Part shown: positions 22,751-36,400 of the stretch, piece after piece
How positions within the stretch are numbered: position 1 is the first letter of the stretch
Layout: the number at the start of each line of letters is the position of its first letter
From: Haplodiscus bocki
Lineage: Eukaryota
NCBI GenBank assembly: GCA_965655095.1
Contig: OZ296659.1
Location: forward strand, 75,392,001 to 75,456,000
DNA length: 64,000 bases
Direction: 5' to 3'
The notes under the pieces: generated by a model
Database searches by the model: none
Told to the model about the DNA's origin: nothing
The model's input: only the letters and a program-made list of their open reading frames with translations
Program-made: the position numbers and the translations under genes

Positions 22751-23315
22751 ATGGTTTCGACCTGGAAGAAGAAGCAGCACAAAAGAAGGGTTTTGAGACT
22801 GGTTAATGACTTTGAACAAGATGTTTTTTTGTTGAGACAGCGAATATTGAGAGACAACACTTCTTTTTTTGACAAACCTCGTGTTGACTGATGAATCGTT
22901 GTTAATAATAGAGACAGTTCAGCAGCAGCTAATGAAATCTCAGTATTTGTTCAAACGTTGGAAAGGAATCCTATTGAAAGAATAACTAAGGAAATGCATA
23001 ATGTCGTTGAACTGGTCAAAGTCAGGATCCAGAACGCTATTTTGACCGCGATGGACAAAATTTTCACACCAAAAATTGAAATAGCAATTGTGTCTAAAAT
23101 TGCTTCGTCTGGATGAGACATCAACTGCGTTACCGCAAATTTTGAACATGGGAAATAACTAGGGATCTCGGCTCCTGATGGAAACGCATCCGATAGAAAA
23201 AGTACTTTCCGTGAAACGCTTTTAAATGATGAAACTCTAAGGCATAACACTGACGTAGCAAGTGAGTTTTTGGTCTTAGAAACAAGTTTTGACCAACAAA
23301 CACACACGTATCACA
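22751..23315 (+). pseudogene. Decayed gag-like ORF at the 3' end of a probable LTR (family 3): MVSTWKKKQHKRR...IQNAILTAMDKIFTPKIEIAI...QTHTYH
   Basis: Basic N-terminus and helical core, with stops and frameshifts. The frame ends at TAT CAC A|, the same phase as family 1. The LTR 5' end and TSD were not found. Confidence 0.5.
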
Positions 23316-24925
23316 ATGTGAAACAATGTGTATACGTGAGATTGTATGTAGGTTGAATGGATTTTATGTAAAAATGTAAGTATCATCCATTATCCAACAC
23401 TTGTACACTCAAATGGGAATTGGCTAACTTTTTGGTCCTGAAGCATTGGCAAAGGGTTGGCTTCTGTGCTCGCAAAGGGACTGCTGAAATTAACTGTATA
23501 TGTCTGACCGTTACAGGCAGCAGCAGCCTGCGACACACATTTATACACACGTTGGGAAAAAATATTTGACTTCTCGTCAGAATTTTCAATTCATGTTCAT
23601 TTCAATGTAGAGTAGAATTTGCGTAATTTTTCTTACATTCCAAATTGAATCGCACTTGAAAACAGCATGAATGTAAAGTGCCGTTTTACTCGCAATTGGG
23701 ACAGATTTTGTAAAACAGGCTTCATTTCATCAAATTCAAGCTTGCAAACAACAGTATTTCCAAAAAGATTTCATTGTTTTAAGTTGTGAGTTTTAACAGT
23801 CATCAAAAATGTTTGTTATCATGTGTGAGGAGTTCGATGTTTGGTCAAATATTTATGCAACTTCGTTCCATAAACGTGTATACCTAGCTAAGTACTTTAG
23901 AATTTGTTTCGACCGATTTTGGGATTGAGAGCAGAATCTACGAATTGCAAGAATTTCAAAGGATGTTTGAATACTTTTTGGGTTTGCCGGGGCGTGGAAA
24001 GAACAGAGGGCCCCACATGTTTCTACAGTAGCAGAGATAATCTTCTCTTTTCCTGATCGTGCCGATAGGTTTACTAGTTTAGTTAAGAACAAGAGAATAT
24101 TACTTTTGCTGAGGGCTCTTAGTTGGGCTATACAGTCGCGGTAACGTACGTAGATTGAGAATATCAATCACTCTGGTGAAAGAAGGTTGACCTGTTTAAA
24201 TATCATTAGACCCAAAATCAGTTATGAAGAATTCCGTATCATGAGAACGCAAATTCATAAAAGATTTAACAGAAAAGACCCCAGGCATGAAACGCTTCCA
24301 AGAAGAAACCTTGAAATTATCTCCAGCCTTTAATTTTTTGAAACAAAATACATGTAAATTATAATCTGTGAACGCTGAACCTGCTTGCAATTAGTGCTCG
24401 AGACGTCAGCCTTTCCCTTGCAAAAGTTAGTTTGGAAAACTTTGTAGAGTCGCGGAATCTTTACTTTGCCGTGAGATATCTGAATAATTCCTTTTCAAAA
24501 CACTCACAACTTGCGTTAAAGAAGTCTTTTTTCTGTTCTCTTCTAATATGGCCACGATATATCAGATAAACATCAAGTAATAGAGTAAACATTTAGTCAG
24601 CAAAAATTAACTGTCGAACAAAGGCTTAAAACTATGTTTATTCAGAAAATATCAAACAGCCGTGATGGTTAAATACAAGAACTCTGGCACTCCCGGCTAT
24701 GTGGTGGGTTAATTTGGCTTGTAAATGCTCAAAATTCTTCAACAAATACGCTTGTCAATCAAAGACGATGCTAAGCAGTCGCAACGCAGAGAGAGAAAAG
24801 AAATTGAATTTAAGGGCAAAAATATGATGCTCTTAGCGTTGAGGACCGCTTTACAACATACAAAACTCCAGAAAAATTCAGTTTCAGAACTAAATCGTTA
24901 ATTTGGCTCAAAATACGAGGGTTCC

Positions 24926-26561
24926 TGTCGCAGCACTTCTTCGAAACCTGTGGTTAACCCCTTCCTAAAGAAAAGACTACCCAGGACTCGCAATGAAACT
25001 TAAACTTGCAATGAAGTAATAAATTTCCATACACATTCATACCCACTGTACATACATACTGATACGTATCTTATATGAATCACTTCACTAAACTGATCCA
25101 GACTACAACGGAACCGTTACAGAACAAACGAGTAATCACAGAGTATTTTATCCTGAAAGGTGCCATTTTTATATAAATAATTTTGATTGAATAATAAAAA
25201 TAAATCCACCTTTTCAGAGTGATTAATTTGATTGATTGCAATAGGTGCACTTTAAAACAGTACTTTAATCAAAATTATGCTTTGAGCAGGTTGACTGAAT
25301 TGCAGTGCTATTGACTCTCGGAGTGAATTTTTGTCCTGTACGTGTTCAGTCGCTACTAGTCTGGTGACGTCACTTCCACTCTAATCACTAAGTCGTGCTG
25401 AAGTGCTGTGCTGAATTCGGAGTGACACCGTATTCACTCCTCATTTGAGCACAGACTGCCTCGTTCGACTGCCACAACTAGTGGCTACGGAATTTTTCCG
25501 GAAACCACTAGTCGCTACTCGTTTGAATGAGGAGTAAACTAGAATTGCTACTAGTTTCTCCTCATTTCTAGAAAAGTAAAGGCGAACGAACTAGTATACG
25601 ATGAGATGTGCGTGAGTTGCAATGATTATTTCAAATTAGTCTTTTTTTACACTTTCCATGATAGTGGCAAATCTTCCATGAATTACCTTATTTTTATTAT
25701 TTGTTTTCTTCCTTCCCAAATGAAGAAAAGAAATGCATTCTGTAAAAGGAGATGCCGCCAGGGGAATGAGCACTTTGATATCCTTTTCTGACTAATTAGG
25801 TCTGTCCATTTTCCGTCGAAAGATGGAAAGGATGCCTCCTGCCTCCTATGATGGAAGAAATGGATAGAAAGGTAATTATCTCCCGCCATATTCGGTATTC
25901 CAGCCTTTGATTTTGTATTTTCTAAAAGTGCTTTTCCCAATTTGTACCATGACTTGGCGTGGAAACAATTATGTTTCCCGCCAAGGAAAAGGTATAGGTA
26001 GGAAAAACTAAAGTACAAGTTTAAGAAAATCAGGACTGCTGATATTAACCAGCCACTTTATATTTTCCCTACGACAAACATTTTCACTGTTAACAACTTG
26101 ATTTCATAAATAAAAAGTAATTCTTTCACCGTTGTTAGCTATTTTCCCGTAGACAATAGCAACTCTGACAAATAGGCAAAAAATAGCAGCCCTCAACAAG
26201 AAGAATAAGAAGAACGACCCAGGAGTAACCAGGTAAGGTACACAATTGTTCCCAGATCACAAGAAGTTAATATCACGCAGGTCTCCGAGGAAAACGGAGG
26301 AAAAGTAACAAAGTAACAAAGAAACCAAGGAGTTCAGTAGGACGGAGAATCGCATTTTAGGCGCTCTTTCTTGACTTGATGAGTTTTTTCTGAACCCGTT
26401 AATTCAGGGCCTTTCTGGATCCGCTCCAGAGACGTCCCGGAACGCATATGTCATAAACCAGGGAACGAATGAGAACGACTTCCAGAGTGATCCGCATCCT
26501 AAAGCAAGGGTCTCTCAAAGCCAAACTACGCAAACTTCTGGCCCAGATGACGGCTATGACA
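24926..26561 (+). mobile_element. Solo LTR, family 1 copy C (1636 bp)
   Basis: Starts TGTCGCAGCAC and ends TATGACA. Flanks GTTCC/GTTTC give a 4/5 TSD. Homologous to copies A and B. Confidence 0.82.
26156..26561 (+). pseudogene. Decayed gag-like ORF in LTR copy C (IATLTNRQKIAA...ITQVSEENGGKVTK...EFSRTENRILGALS*LDEFFLNP...DDGYD)
   Basis: Clear homolog of 7871..8326, with ATG changed to ATA, a stop and frameshifts. Confidence 0.75.
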
Positions 26562-26674
26562 GTTTCCACGGTTCAGGAGGTCCGAATCAGTCTTAGTATG
26601 CTTTTTCGAAACATGGTTTCCAAGTAGGCTGATTAGCAGCACTTTTAAAACACTTCAGGCATAATACACACCAA

Positions 26675-28830
26675 TTGTCAACTAACAGAGTAGACAACCT
26701 AATAGACCTGATAAGATTCCCGACTGACTTCGTGAGTTAGGACGTCACAGGAACGACCAATGCTATCCTTGCCAAACAGACGATTCTTGATTATATTGAG
26801 GCGGCAAAATCCCCGCTTTTCACAGTGGTCCATTATCCACACAAAATGATTTTCTCTGAGTTTTGGACGTTCTTTGGATCATTTTTGCCAAATATTGTCC
26901 ATTTACAGATATCCTTCACGCCGCCGTGCCCAAATACTTTCCTTATGTGATTGAGTAACTCTAAACATTTTCCTCTGCTTGTGGTACTTCTGTCCATCCG
27001 ATAACAAGGACACACTAAGACTCAGCCAGCACAACGAGAAATGGTTTGGTGTTAGGGCTTCTAGATTTGTGGGATTATTCGAGGTAGGCACCAAGCGACA
27101 AAAGTTCAACAACTGAACCGGCAGGCATAAATCCTTAATCAATAGTCCATAAGTTGACCAATCAGAACGTGATTAATGACGTGCTGACAAGGTCTCACTA
27201 TGCTCACCCATGAACCGCGAAAAGGAGGGTTTGCGGTGGGTTTGAACTTCGTCAAAAAAGTATTAAATAATTTCTCCTGAAAGTCGTTGCTTTGCTACAT
27301 TGAAGCAAACTAGTTTAAATTACTGCTTGCACTCACACAATTCGTGCCGTTCTCACTCCAGACGTTTCAAATTCCCACGTTTTGCGATAAACCTCGTATA
27401 AATTTTCAAACATGCATCAGTATCAATTGAATAAGCAATTTTTGGTGTGTTGCTTAAGCAATGCCTTGTGTCTAAGCATATAAAGAGGCAAACCCATCTT
27501 TGCAACTCTTTCGCAAAAAGCTCTTTTCAATTGGTCCAATTTTTTCGGCTCCATAGGTAAACGGGAAGGGAACATGCTGCAGTCTTTTTTGGGTAGGTCT
27601 GCCAAGAGTGGAATTCGGGAAACAGCAATGAGTCTCCGATAAAAAAAACAACCTCAGACATCTGAGAGCGCTTATGAGTCCTTATATCAAGCGCTTCTGT
27701 TGACAGATTATGCCTAATGCTTTCAACACTTTGACGATGATTCTCAATATGACTTTCGGAAAGTGCATGGGATGCCCTTGACTATTCAATTTCATCGTCA
27801 CACATGTTGGCCCGTTGAACGATTTTTTTAGCTCTCAATCCCACCGAGGATATTGGTTTGCGCCTGGAATATGCACCATTTACCTGGTGTTGTATCTGTT
27901 AGGACACTTCCGCAAATATTTGTTCTCTGTCGAAAGAATCCAACCAACCATGGTAATACACAAGCATAATTGCTCCATCGGTTCATTGGTATATCATGTT
28001 CTTGAATAATAAAAGTTTTTTTGCGGAGCAAACAATGCTGCTTGAAGCTGAGCTCGAAGAAGCTGAGCTTGAAGATCTTGTCTGGAATGTTGGTTGTTTC
28101 GCGCGACTCTTGTTTTGCCAATACTGAAAGATAAGTCTCTCTTTCTGATTCTAGAATAGGCAACAAGCCAGAGGCCCATTTAGAGGGCATCAGCAAATAC
28201 ATGTAGTTGAACGTTATTCCCAGGTTCTCAGCCATAAATTCGGCCAAATGGTAAATTCTTCAATGCAGGATCCTGCAGTGATGATTTGGCGGAAAACTGT
28301 TGACATATATTGGAGGTAATCTATTATTCACATGATTGCAACGGCTTTTTCCCAATCAGCGGCAGAAATAATTCAAGTGTATTTGTGAAGTGCGGAGCAA
28401 ATCCCAATGGATCGATAACGGCTGATACCACTGACTAAGTAATTTTGTGTCAGAAAGCCGTAACATGACCACCGGAAAAATCTCGACGCAAATTCCAGCT
28501 GTCTTCAACAAAGTACCATTCGAAAACCAATTAGGTGTTATTCCTGATAACACTGTGCTTTTCAGAAAATCCCTTCAAATTTGACTGCTACTAAGATAGG
28601 TTGAAACCTCCATTTCTCAAGAGTGAGTTTAAATTAGTTTTTAAGTGTTCAGCTTTGTCTAATTTTGTTGCCGAGTAAAAGTTGTGTTCCATAAAAAATT
28701 TCCACTTGACCAATCTCGACGCTTTGTGAAAATCCTTTTCCTTGCCACCGACTATGCTTTGCAGTGCGTAATTTTCATGCCAGCATGATGGAAATATAAA
28801 GCCTACATAAATACGAATATGCAATTAGCC
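26675..28830 (-). pseudogene. Bel/Pao retrotransposon pol remnant (RT C-terminal half, RNase H, integrase)
   Basis: Degenerate motifs in Pao order: NYALQ..FFMEH (YMDD-like), LRNGGFNL, QLHVFADA, KTRVA..LQAQLL, MADLP, RFIAKRG..ENGTN, LTPNHF, IWARRREGYL, GKD..RSC. Confidence 0.85.
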
Positions 28831-29119
28831 TATGTCATATGTAATGAAGCCTTAAACTATTTCTTAGAACCTAATACGTAAGCAATTCATGCAGCTCTAT
28901 AGTCACACACCGATATGAAAGCCATTACGTCATATTACGTCCTCACGTTTGTTATGAACGCGATTTCGGTATGTCTTCTCTAACAAAAACTGTGCTACGA
29001 TGACGATCGTGAAGTGCCTAGTGAATTCAGTGAAACTCTTCCAAATTACGATATATCAACCTCGTCAAGTGAATGTGAATCCAGCATCAACCTTTTACAA
29101 ATAGCGCAAAGGGTGGAAA

Positions 29120-29803
29120 TTACAATAGTATTTTACAAGAATGGACCTCGTATGCATAAATTGACCAACTTTACACATCAATATCTCAGAAACTATTCGC
29201 AAAAATTACGTTTGGTAGAATAAGAGTTTCCTAGGTTTTTACTTGGTATACAATCGTTTTTGTTTGAAAATTTTGCGAACAATGCAGCGAAAATTATATA
29301 TTGATACTTTGTACAATTTCATTTACATTCCGTGTTTTTTGATTTTTGAAGGCCTTAATGAACAACTTTTGAACACAAATTGTACGTAAAACTTCCGTTA
29401 AATATCTTGAAACCAATAATATACTTAATTTTGAAAAAGATTTCAAATTGCGCATAAAATTGTTGTTTTTAAACAATGAACTTTGAAATTAGATGTTTCA
29501 AGATTTGTTTCAAGTTTTCTATTTTGAAACTTTGCGATGTCTATTCGAATTCAAAATATTTCTTTAGTCAAATGTATCACAGGATTCAAGAACTTCTGGG
29601 GATGTTTTGTGGTACTTAATTTCGCAGAAAAGTTTTTTCTAACTTGGTCAATTTTCAGAAAAAAACTACAGAGATTACCGAAATTGGCAAATAGTGACCA
29701 ATGAGATTGCGAATTGAGAGCAAACAACGAGATCCTATGAGCTAAATAGCGTCAGTGAACGCTCTTTAGCTCCATTCACCGTTCCTTTAAAACACTCCAG
29801 TAG
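29120..29803. mobile_element. MITE-like element, copy 2, inserted in the Bel/Pao pol
   Basis: Homologous to 13088-13572 (shared GCATAAATTGACCAACTT, GGATTCAAGAA, CTAACTTGGTCA, GCGTCAGTGAACGCTCT..GCTCCATTC). Imperfect terminal inverted repeats with TA flanks. Confidence 0.55.
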
Positions 29804-30399
29804 TTATAATTATATAGCTGTTTAAGTTTAATGAAAACAGCACCGCGCTTGGAACAACACTAGCGAATAACATCATAACGCAGTACGAAATTCGTGTTCA
29901 GTGATACACTCTAAATTCATTCATAAGTGTTCGTGAACAATCGTTTCCTAACACGGTACTTTTTTGGTGAATCTAATCAATTGGAATTAATCGAATTGAT
30001 GTCAGTCATAATTTTGCTATGTTTGTTTATATAACGATTCTATTAAAGATGTTTCAATTTCGTGATTGGTGTCAACCAATCAAGATGCAGTAAAATCAAA
30101 ATGAGCCATCTGTGCAGAAATTGACGTGCGATTATCCTTGTCACCGTTGAGTTTAATTAGGTGTGAATACCAGCAACCAACCATGTGCCAGAATCACGAT
30201 CAAGTGACCGACTCAAATCACACGTGGCCTATTAGGGCGTGTAACTGGGCACGCAAAAACAGAAATCGACACAACAACCCTTACGTTGATAGTGAAAGGC
30301 AGAGCGTTTCATCTCGATAACGTCACATCAACCTTGACACAAACTCTTATTTCCTTCAATCTTACTCCTGTAAACAACTAACATTTCGGCTGTTAAATT

Positions 30400-31500
30400 T
30401 AACATTAACCTCACTAAAATTAACAATCATTATACCAACCTGGGCTCGTTTTCCATTATATGAAAGGGACCATAGCCGCACCTTAACTTGAAGGAACGTT
30501 ATTTTAAATCAGACCAATGATTTTACCCTGAAATCATTCCAACTACACTGTGCAAGCCATCTAGACCGATAGGAAGCTCTTGTTGACGGAGAAACATTCA
30601 GACTCTGCGGCGGCATTGTAAGCGCTTTGAACTTTTCCAATCATATTGGGATTAATAGCTGGCTGACTGTGTAGATCCCGCGGTGGCCACCATTTGTTCT
30701 GTACTGCTCGAGAGGAGTCATTTTTCGCACGTATCCAGCACGTTCATCTGTTTCTATTGTTTTAGCATAAACTGCTTTCTATTCTGAATATGGGTTCACT
30801 TGGTTTTCCGATGATAGGAATTGCTTGACTACACCACAATAATTATTGTTCAAACTGAAACGTGGACAACTTCACAGCATGCCCAGTGTGATGCATTTTA
30901 CTCACGAGATGCCGGTTTTTCCTATATTGGATGGGGCTTCACATCAGACTTTGATCTGCCATCCATCCACTTTCACTTACTCTCCGCATTTTCCGTAGCT
31001 TTCTAAACCCCACCATTTATTGATCTGATCATTCAGGTTACTTTCTGAGGAATCATATGCTTACAAGCAGTGAAGAGGCAATATCCTCTGTCAAGGGTCC
31101 ACTCACAGTACTGCCCAAAAGAAAACTCTAAGGAAATTCCGCGTTGACAATTCAGATGGAGGGTCAAAGGGGAGCTCAGTCAAACTCCAAGTAAATTGTA
31201 ATTTTTGGCTTCCTTCAGACACAATTCCCTGACAGGTACTCTCTGTATGTTGAGAATGTTTTTTCTGCACCCCGCAAACGTCATTGAGCTGTCTTCCATC
31301 ACCACGTTTTCATGAACATCTGTCCGGATTTTTTTGCGCAATCATTAGAAAAAAATGAATGTCTTTACGAGATCCCACTCATCACGATCGGTACCAGTTA
31401 TCCCACTAAAAGACAAATTTTAATCAACGCTATAGAAATAGAGACGTTCCGGTACTGATCTGTCAACCCACGACAAACTTGATCCACTATCAGTCAAAGC
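30400..31500 (-). pseudogene. Bel/Pao remnant (protease-adjacent region and RT N-terminal half), upstream part of the 26675-28830 element
   Basis: Contains GSTVSGPL (GWT.SGP-like), KAVYAKTIETDERAGYVRK, INPNMIGKVQSAYNAAA..SVNKSFL (NP.KPGKVR.V.NAAA..SLN-like) and FLQVKV. Confidence 0.75.
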
Positions 31501-31928
31501 GACACCTTCGTGGGTCTGCCTTTGCAAAAACCTCTACTTCGATTGCAAATATGATGCTAAAATTAGTTAAACCGTATTTCTGCTGCCGTTGTTGTTTCAT
31601 CACAGGAAAGCGAAAACTTTGGCATCTTCTTTCAAATGTAGTTATCGGTTACCTTTTGCTTTTGGGAGTCGTCAATACCAAATTATTTCAGCTTACAATC
31701 TTTACTGCAGGCCCGCCGTGAAGCTACATGAGTCATACATTAACCTACTTAACTCCTTTTTAGCGTTCGGTTTGATAGAGTTTCTTAAACTTTTCACTGG
31801 CGCACGCAGAAAGTCTTCTGGCTAGAATGTGACATCGTTGATAGGTTCGTACAGATTCGCCAATATTTTAGTTCCTGAACGTCTCTTCTCTCACATCTGA
31901 TTTCGTTTGCTCTTTCTCGTCGCCTTAG

Positions 31929-32440
31929 AAAACAAGACGGCCGACTGCCACCGGCATATTTTGCGCTTTCCCATTTTTGTAAAGAAGGCTTTTAAGAAGA
32001 TGAAAACGTTTTTTCTTGAAAAAAAAACACTTTCTTCATCATATTTTCTAAATTTTCCAACTTTCAAATTTTTCTGATTTTTTGCCAAGTAGGGTGGAAA
32101 AGACATTTTTACGAAATAATACCATTTGATACGCATTCTACAGCAAATTTGCCAACTTTACCGGTTTTGAAAGAAATTGAAGTTTTTTTTCAAAAACCAA
32201 TATATTTTTCCAAAAAAACTCACACTTTGAACGTTTTGGAGAATTCTGTCTATTCCAGTCGCATTCTACAGCAAATTTGCTACAATTTGGTCAAGAAATA
32301 ATTTTACGTTCAGTAGCGTGAACAAATTTGCCGATGTGGCGTGATCGCAATGGGCAAACGTCGGGTTAAAAAACGTCAGAAATAGCGCATTCGAGAGGAA
32401 GATTTTGCTTCCATAAATTAATTATGGCGCAAAATAATAA
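31929..32440 (+). repeat. Probable non-autonomous interspersed repeat with an internal duplication
   Basis: CGCATTCTACAGCAAATTTGC at ~32132 and ~32260. GC-rich start ACAAGACGGCCGACTGCC. Only one copy in the window. Confidence 0.4.
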
Positions 32441-32569
32441 CTACATATACTACGATTATTCACCAAGAGCCATATCTGCACTGCGACATTATCCTCCAAA
32501 AGGGTGTAACAAAAGATTGATCGAACATAAAACAAATGATATTTAAGAAAATTGACTAAAGAATCAAAA

Positions 32570-33490
32570 GCTGTCCGATAAGACCTTGTTGGAATGATTC
32601 AAGCCGGGAGCCTTAAAAAATTATGAGTTTGAAAGTCGACAAAATAACAATAACCTATGCACTCTTCGGCATTTTCGGCCTCTGGAGAAATTTCTTTTCC
32701 TTGAAATATATTCAAGAAATTCAAAACGAGGACCCTTTTACAGTGGACAAGCTATCAAAAATTACTTTGATGGAGGAATTCAAGCCAATAGTTATGTGGA
32801 GTTATGAGTTTGAACATCAGGACTTACCAAAAGTAGTAACATTTGTAGCAGGTTTCGACAATCGAGATCTGACGGAAGAAATAAAAATCATGATTTTTCT
32901 ATTTAATAGTCCTTCTCAAGTAAAGCCCGACCCCATCGATTCAGCCCTTGATGGAAGAAATCAAACCAACATTTATTAGGATTTATGAAAAAAGATCGAT
33001 CGGTGTAAAAATTATCCAGAACTTTGGCTTTTTCCAAATATTGAGAATGCTACCAAATGTATTATGTCCATAATTTTCGTATTGTCATAGTCTTCCATAA
33101 ATATAAAGCTGCTGATTGAGACCTTGGTGGAAGAAGTCAAGGCAATGATCATTGATATATATGAATTCAAACATCCAGAGATGTCTAACTTTATAGCCTT
33201 TTTTGCAATTCTCACATTATCAGGAATCCGAGGGAACAGAAAGTTTTCTCGATTGGATAGACCTTGTCGAAGAAAAAGCTGTCGATTGGACTCTTGATGC
33301 AAAAAGTCTAGCTGGCAATTGTGGAAATTTAGGACTTTGAACACCTTGACCTCTAAATATTAATAGCATTTATGACATTTCCAGCTGGTAACGATTAGGA
33401 CGCAGAGCAAAGCTGTTAATTTTTCTTTTAGAGCGTGCTGCTTAAGTAGAAGGTTGTCGATTGAGAGGCCGATGAAAGAATTGAAGCAAT
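32570..33490 (-). repeat. Second array of the ~175-bp satellite (inverted)
   Basis: GACCTTG(A/G/T)TGGAAGAA-like motif at ~32582, 32765, 32944, 33119, 33292 and 33467. Confidence 0.6.
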
Positions 33491-36400
33491 TAGTTTTGGA
33501 GAAATGATAACTTTTTTGCTCTTTTTGCTATGTAGAGCAAAAACACATTTTGAAGATAAATTGTTTAATTTGGTTCCTTTCAAACCGGAATAGCGAAAAA
33601 ACTGATAATAACAGACAAAAATAAAAAGTTAGTTTTGAAGTTTTTCTCTGAATGTTGTTTAAATTTTCCCGCCTTTTTGAAAAAAATTGGTGTGGTCAAG
33701 TAAAATTGGCGTTTTACTTGTGAAAACGAAATTTTATAGTTTCTTCTATGGTTTTTTTCTATTTATTTATTTTTTTGAATAAATAAATTTAATTCAATTT
33801 CTTTCGAAAACTTCCGAATGTTTTTATTTATACCGGACTGTAAGCAAAAAAGTTTAAGTTGGTTTTGTCAAAACTGCATTCTATGTGTCCGGGGAACATT
33901 CTGCGCAAAGAAAATCAATAGTTTCGCAGTTCACGCAGATGGAATTGACAAATCACCGAAGTAAAAGTTCTACATACTAATAGATTGATTTTCCTTTCAT
34001 AATACACATTACGACGGAAAATAATATTTACAATACAACCATGATGAGTAACTGGTGGATTTAATTTTACTTTGGCTCGCAAATGTTCAACATTGTTCAT
34101 CAAACACGCTCGTCAATCAATTACAGTGATAAATATTGATTAAGTATAAAGAAATACGCCTTTTAAGGCGAGGTATAATGATAGAGGCTCGTTTTACTAC
34201 AGAATTTTTTTATTAAAGAAGAATTAGGAAAATCCAGTTTTTCAAGCTGATCGTTAATTTGGCTCAAAATAGGAGTGTTCCCGTTTTTCCGGAGGTCTGA
34301 ATGAGTCTTGGTATGTGGTTCCCAGGAAAGCTCATTGAAGGGTTTCTTTCAGCATTTCCGTCATCAGCCTTCTCATCTGCAAATTCATTAAGTATTTTAA
34401 GAAATAACTTAGTTTGTGTAAATGTGTGTTTAAGTGATTATTCAAAGATAGCTCTAAATTATTTTAATATATTTCACCCAAAATGCTTGGCTGGTTCTTT
34501 TTAATGACAATCCGAAATTTGTGTGGCCAGGTTTATGTTTAGCAATAAACCGATTTCCCAACTGAGACCCTCTCTGGTAGCCTTATTTGACAACAAATTT
34601 ATTTTATTGACTGTTTCCGGTGAAACTTATTGGCATGCTTCAATTATGAAGGTGGGCAAACCGCGTGTTTATAATTTCACGCCTCATTAACCGCGAAGTT
34701 GCTAGCAACCTCAATTTATGTTTTCTCACGACCGGAAATGGAAATTTAAGACCCGGAAATCGTTAAACTTTTGAACAAGTAGACATGTTTCCATGGAATA
34801 GAAATTTTTATTCAAAAGCAACAAGATTTCAGCATTCGATATAATCAACTTCAGGGTAAACAGGAGTAAGTTATTCAATATACTTAATAGCTTGAGAGGG
34901 AGTACAGTAGGGTTGAGCCGTATTTTGATGTTCGGGTTATAAAGTTGACATAAATTGACGGGTTTACGGCGGGGCTAGCCTTGTTGAGGACCCGATTAGT
35001 CGCAGTGGCACAGTCTGGGGGCAATTACAGGCGCAGTTACAACAGCCTTAATAGCTGGCTTGAGGGTGCGCCTCTTTTAAAAAAGTTGGTTTATACTGCT
35101 GTAGAAAGCGTTGTTGCACAAACAGTCTGCTAATTTTTGTCGTCAAAAACACGAGATTAAAGCTTTCATCCTGCGTCGAAGAAACATAACATTGAAAAGC
35201 TAGCAGTGAGTTGTAAATCAAAACTGCTCAAGTCAAGCCGGCCTGGGTGGTAATTACTTATTATGATTTCAAAATTGAATTTTATCACTTCAAATAAGTG
35301 TAATTCTCTCCAATTATTAAATATTCGATATATCTCGGGGCGGCTTCTCAAACAGCAATTGAACTGTCGACCACTTCAATGTATATGACGAGGCTTTGCT
35401 ATCAACCATTAACCTCTTTCAAGCTTCGGAACTGCGAAACTTTGTAGCTTCAGTTAAGTAAACAATATCCTCTCGTAAGGTAAACTACCAAAAGCCACTT
35501 TACACTTTCACTGACCAATCAGTCTTACCAATCACCAATTTCAAGACATATGAACACAAAACCTCTCCTCTAACAAAATATGAAGCAAAAACCAAACCTT
35601 GTATAATGTATCAGAGCTGAAACAGTACTACGCAGTACACAATTTATAGATAGAACCATCTATCCAAAAAGTTTAAACCAGTTGTTATGCTTGAAGCAGA
35701 TACAAAGTTTTTGAAGTTATCTCTCTGATGATATGAATTAACTCTGTTTTGTATTTATTCCTTTTTATCTTCATTTTTGTGATTATTTCTTTTCGGCCGA
35801 GTGATAATGAGGATAATTGATGTTACAGATAATTGAATATTACACAAAATAATGAAACCGAAGAGAATAGGTCGGTTAAAAGTTGAAATTAGAAAGAAGT
35901 TCCAGGGTACTAAACGAAAGAATGTCGTGTGCACAAATAATCCAACGACGTTTGTTGAGAGAAGCAGTTTTTGAATATAGAAGATTGACCGAGACAAAGT
36001 TTGATTGAAGTTAATACAGCAAGCTCAAGACGAGCTAGATTAAGAGGCACTGTCCACTACAAGTGTACAGTAATGTCAAAGAAATGCCACTAAGCGTGAA
36101 TTTGCGTCAATTTTGAGCACTCAGAATTTGCGAACTAATCAATTAGGAGAGAACTCCCAGCAACAAAAGTTTCAATAACTTTGACATAGACTACAACGGT
36201 CTTTGTTTGCAAATCCTAGGACCAATACTTCATAAGTTCCATAGATGATATTTTTGGGGAAAATTAATTATTTGGAAGATTTTTGATATTTTCGCAAACT
36301 GGAAAAAGTAATTTTTGGGTAAACAATGAGCTCAAAAGAGGCCCCTGAATTTCATCCGACCAGTGGCTTGATTTGATAATCGGATTTTGGCCGAAAACGA

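Noticed and set aside
23040-23260. HMG-box-like fragment (ITRDLGS*WKRI)
   Set aside because: An off-frame chance match with many stops. The region is better explained by the family 3 gag-like frame.
34350-34370. CTGATGA...GAAA hammerhead-like cores (here and at ~4065, 51553, 62353)
   Set aside because: No pairing for stems I-III.
34600-34770. ETS-like CCGGAAA cluster suggesting a promoter
   Set aside because: No adjacent gene or exon could be supported.
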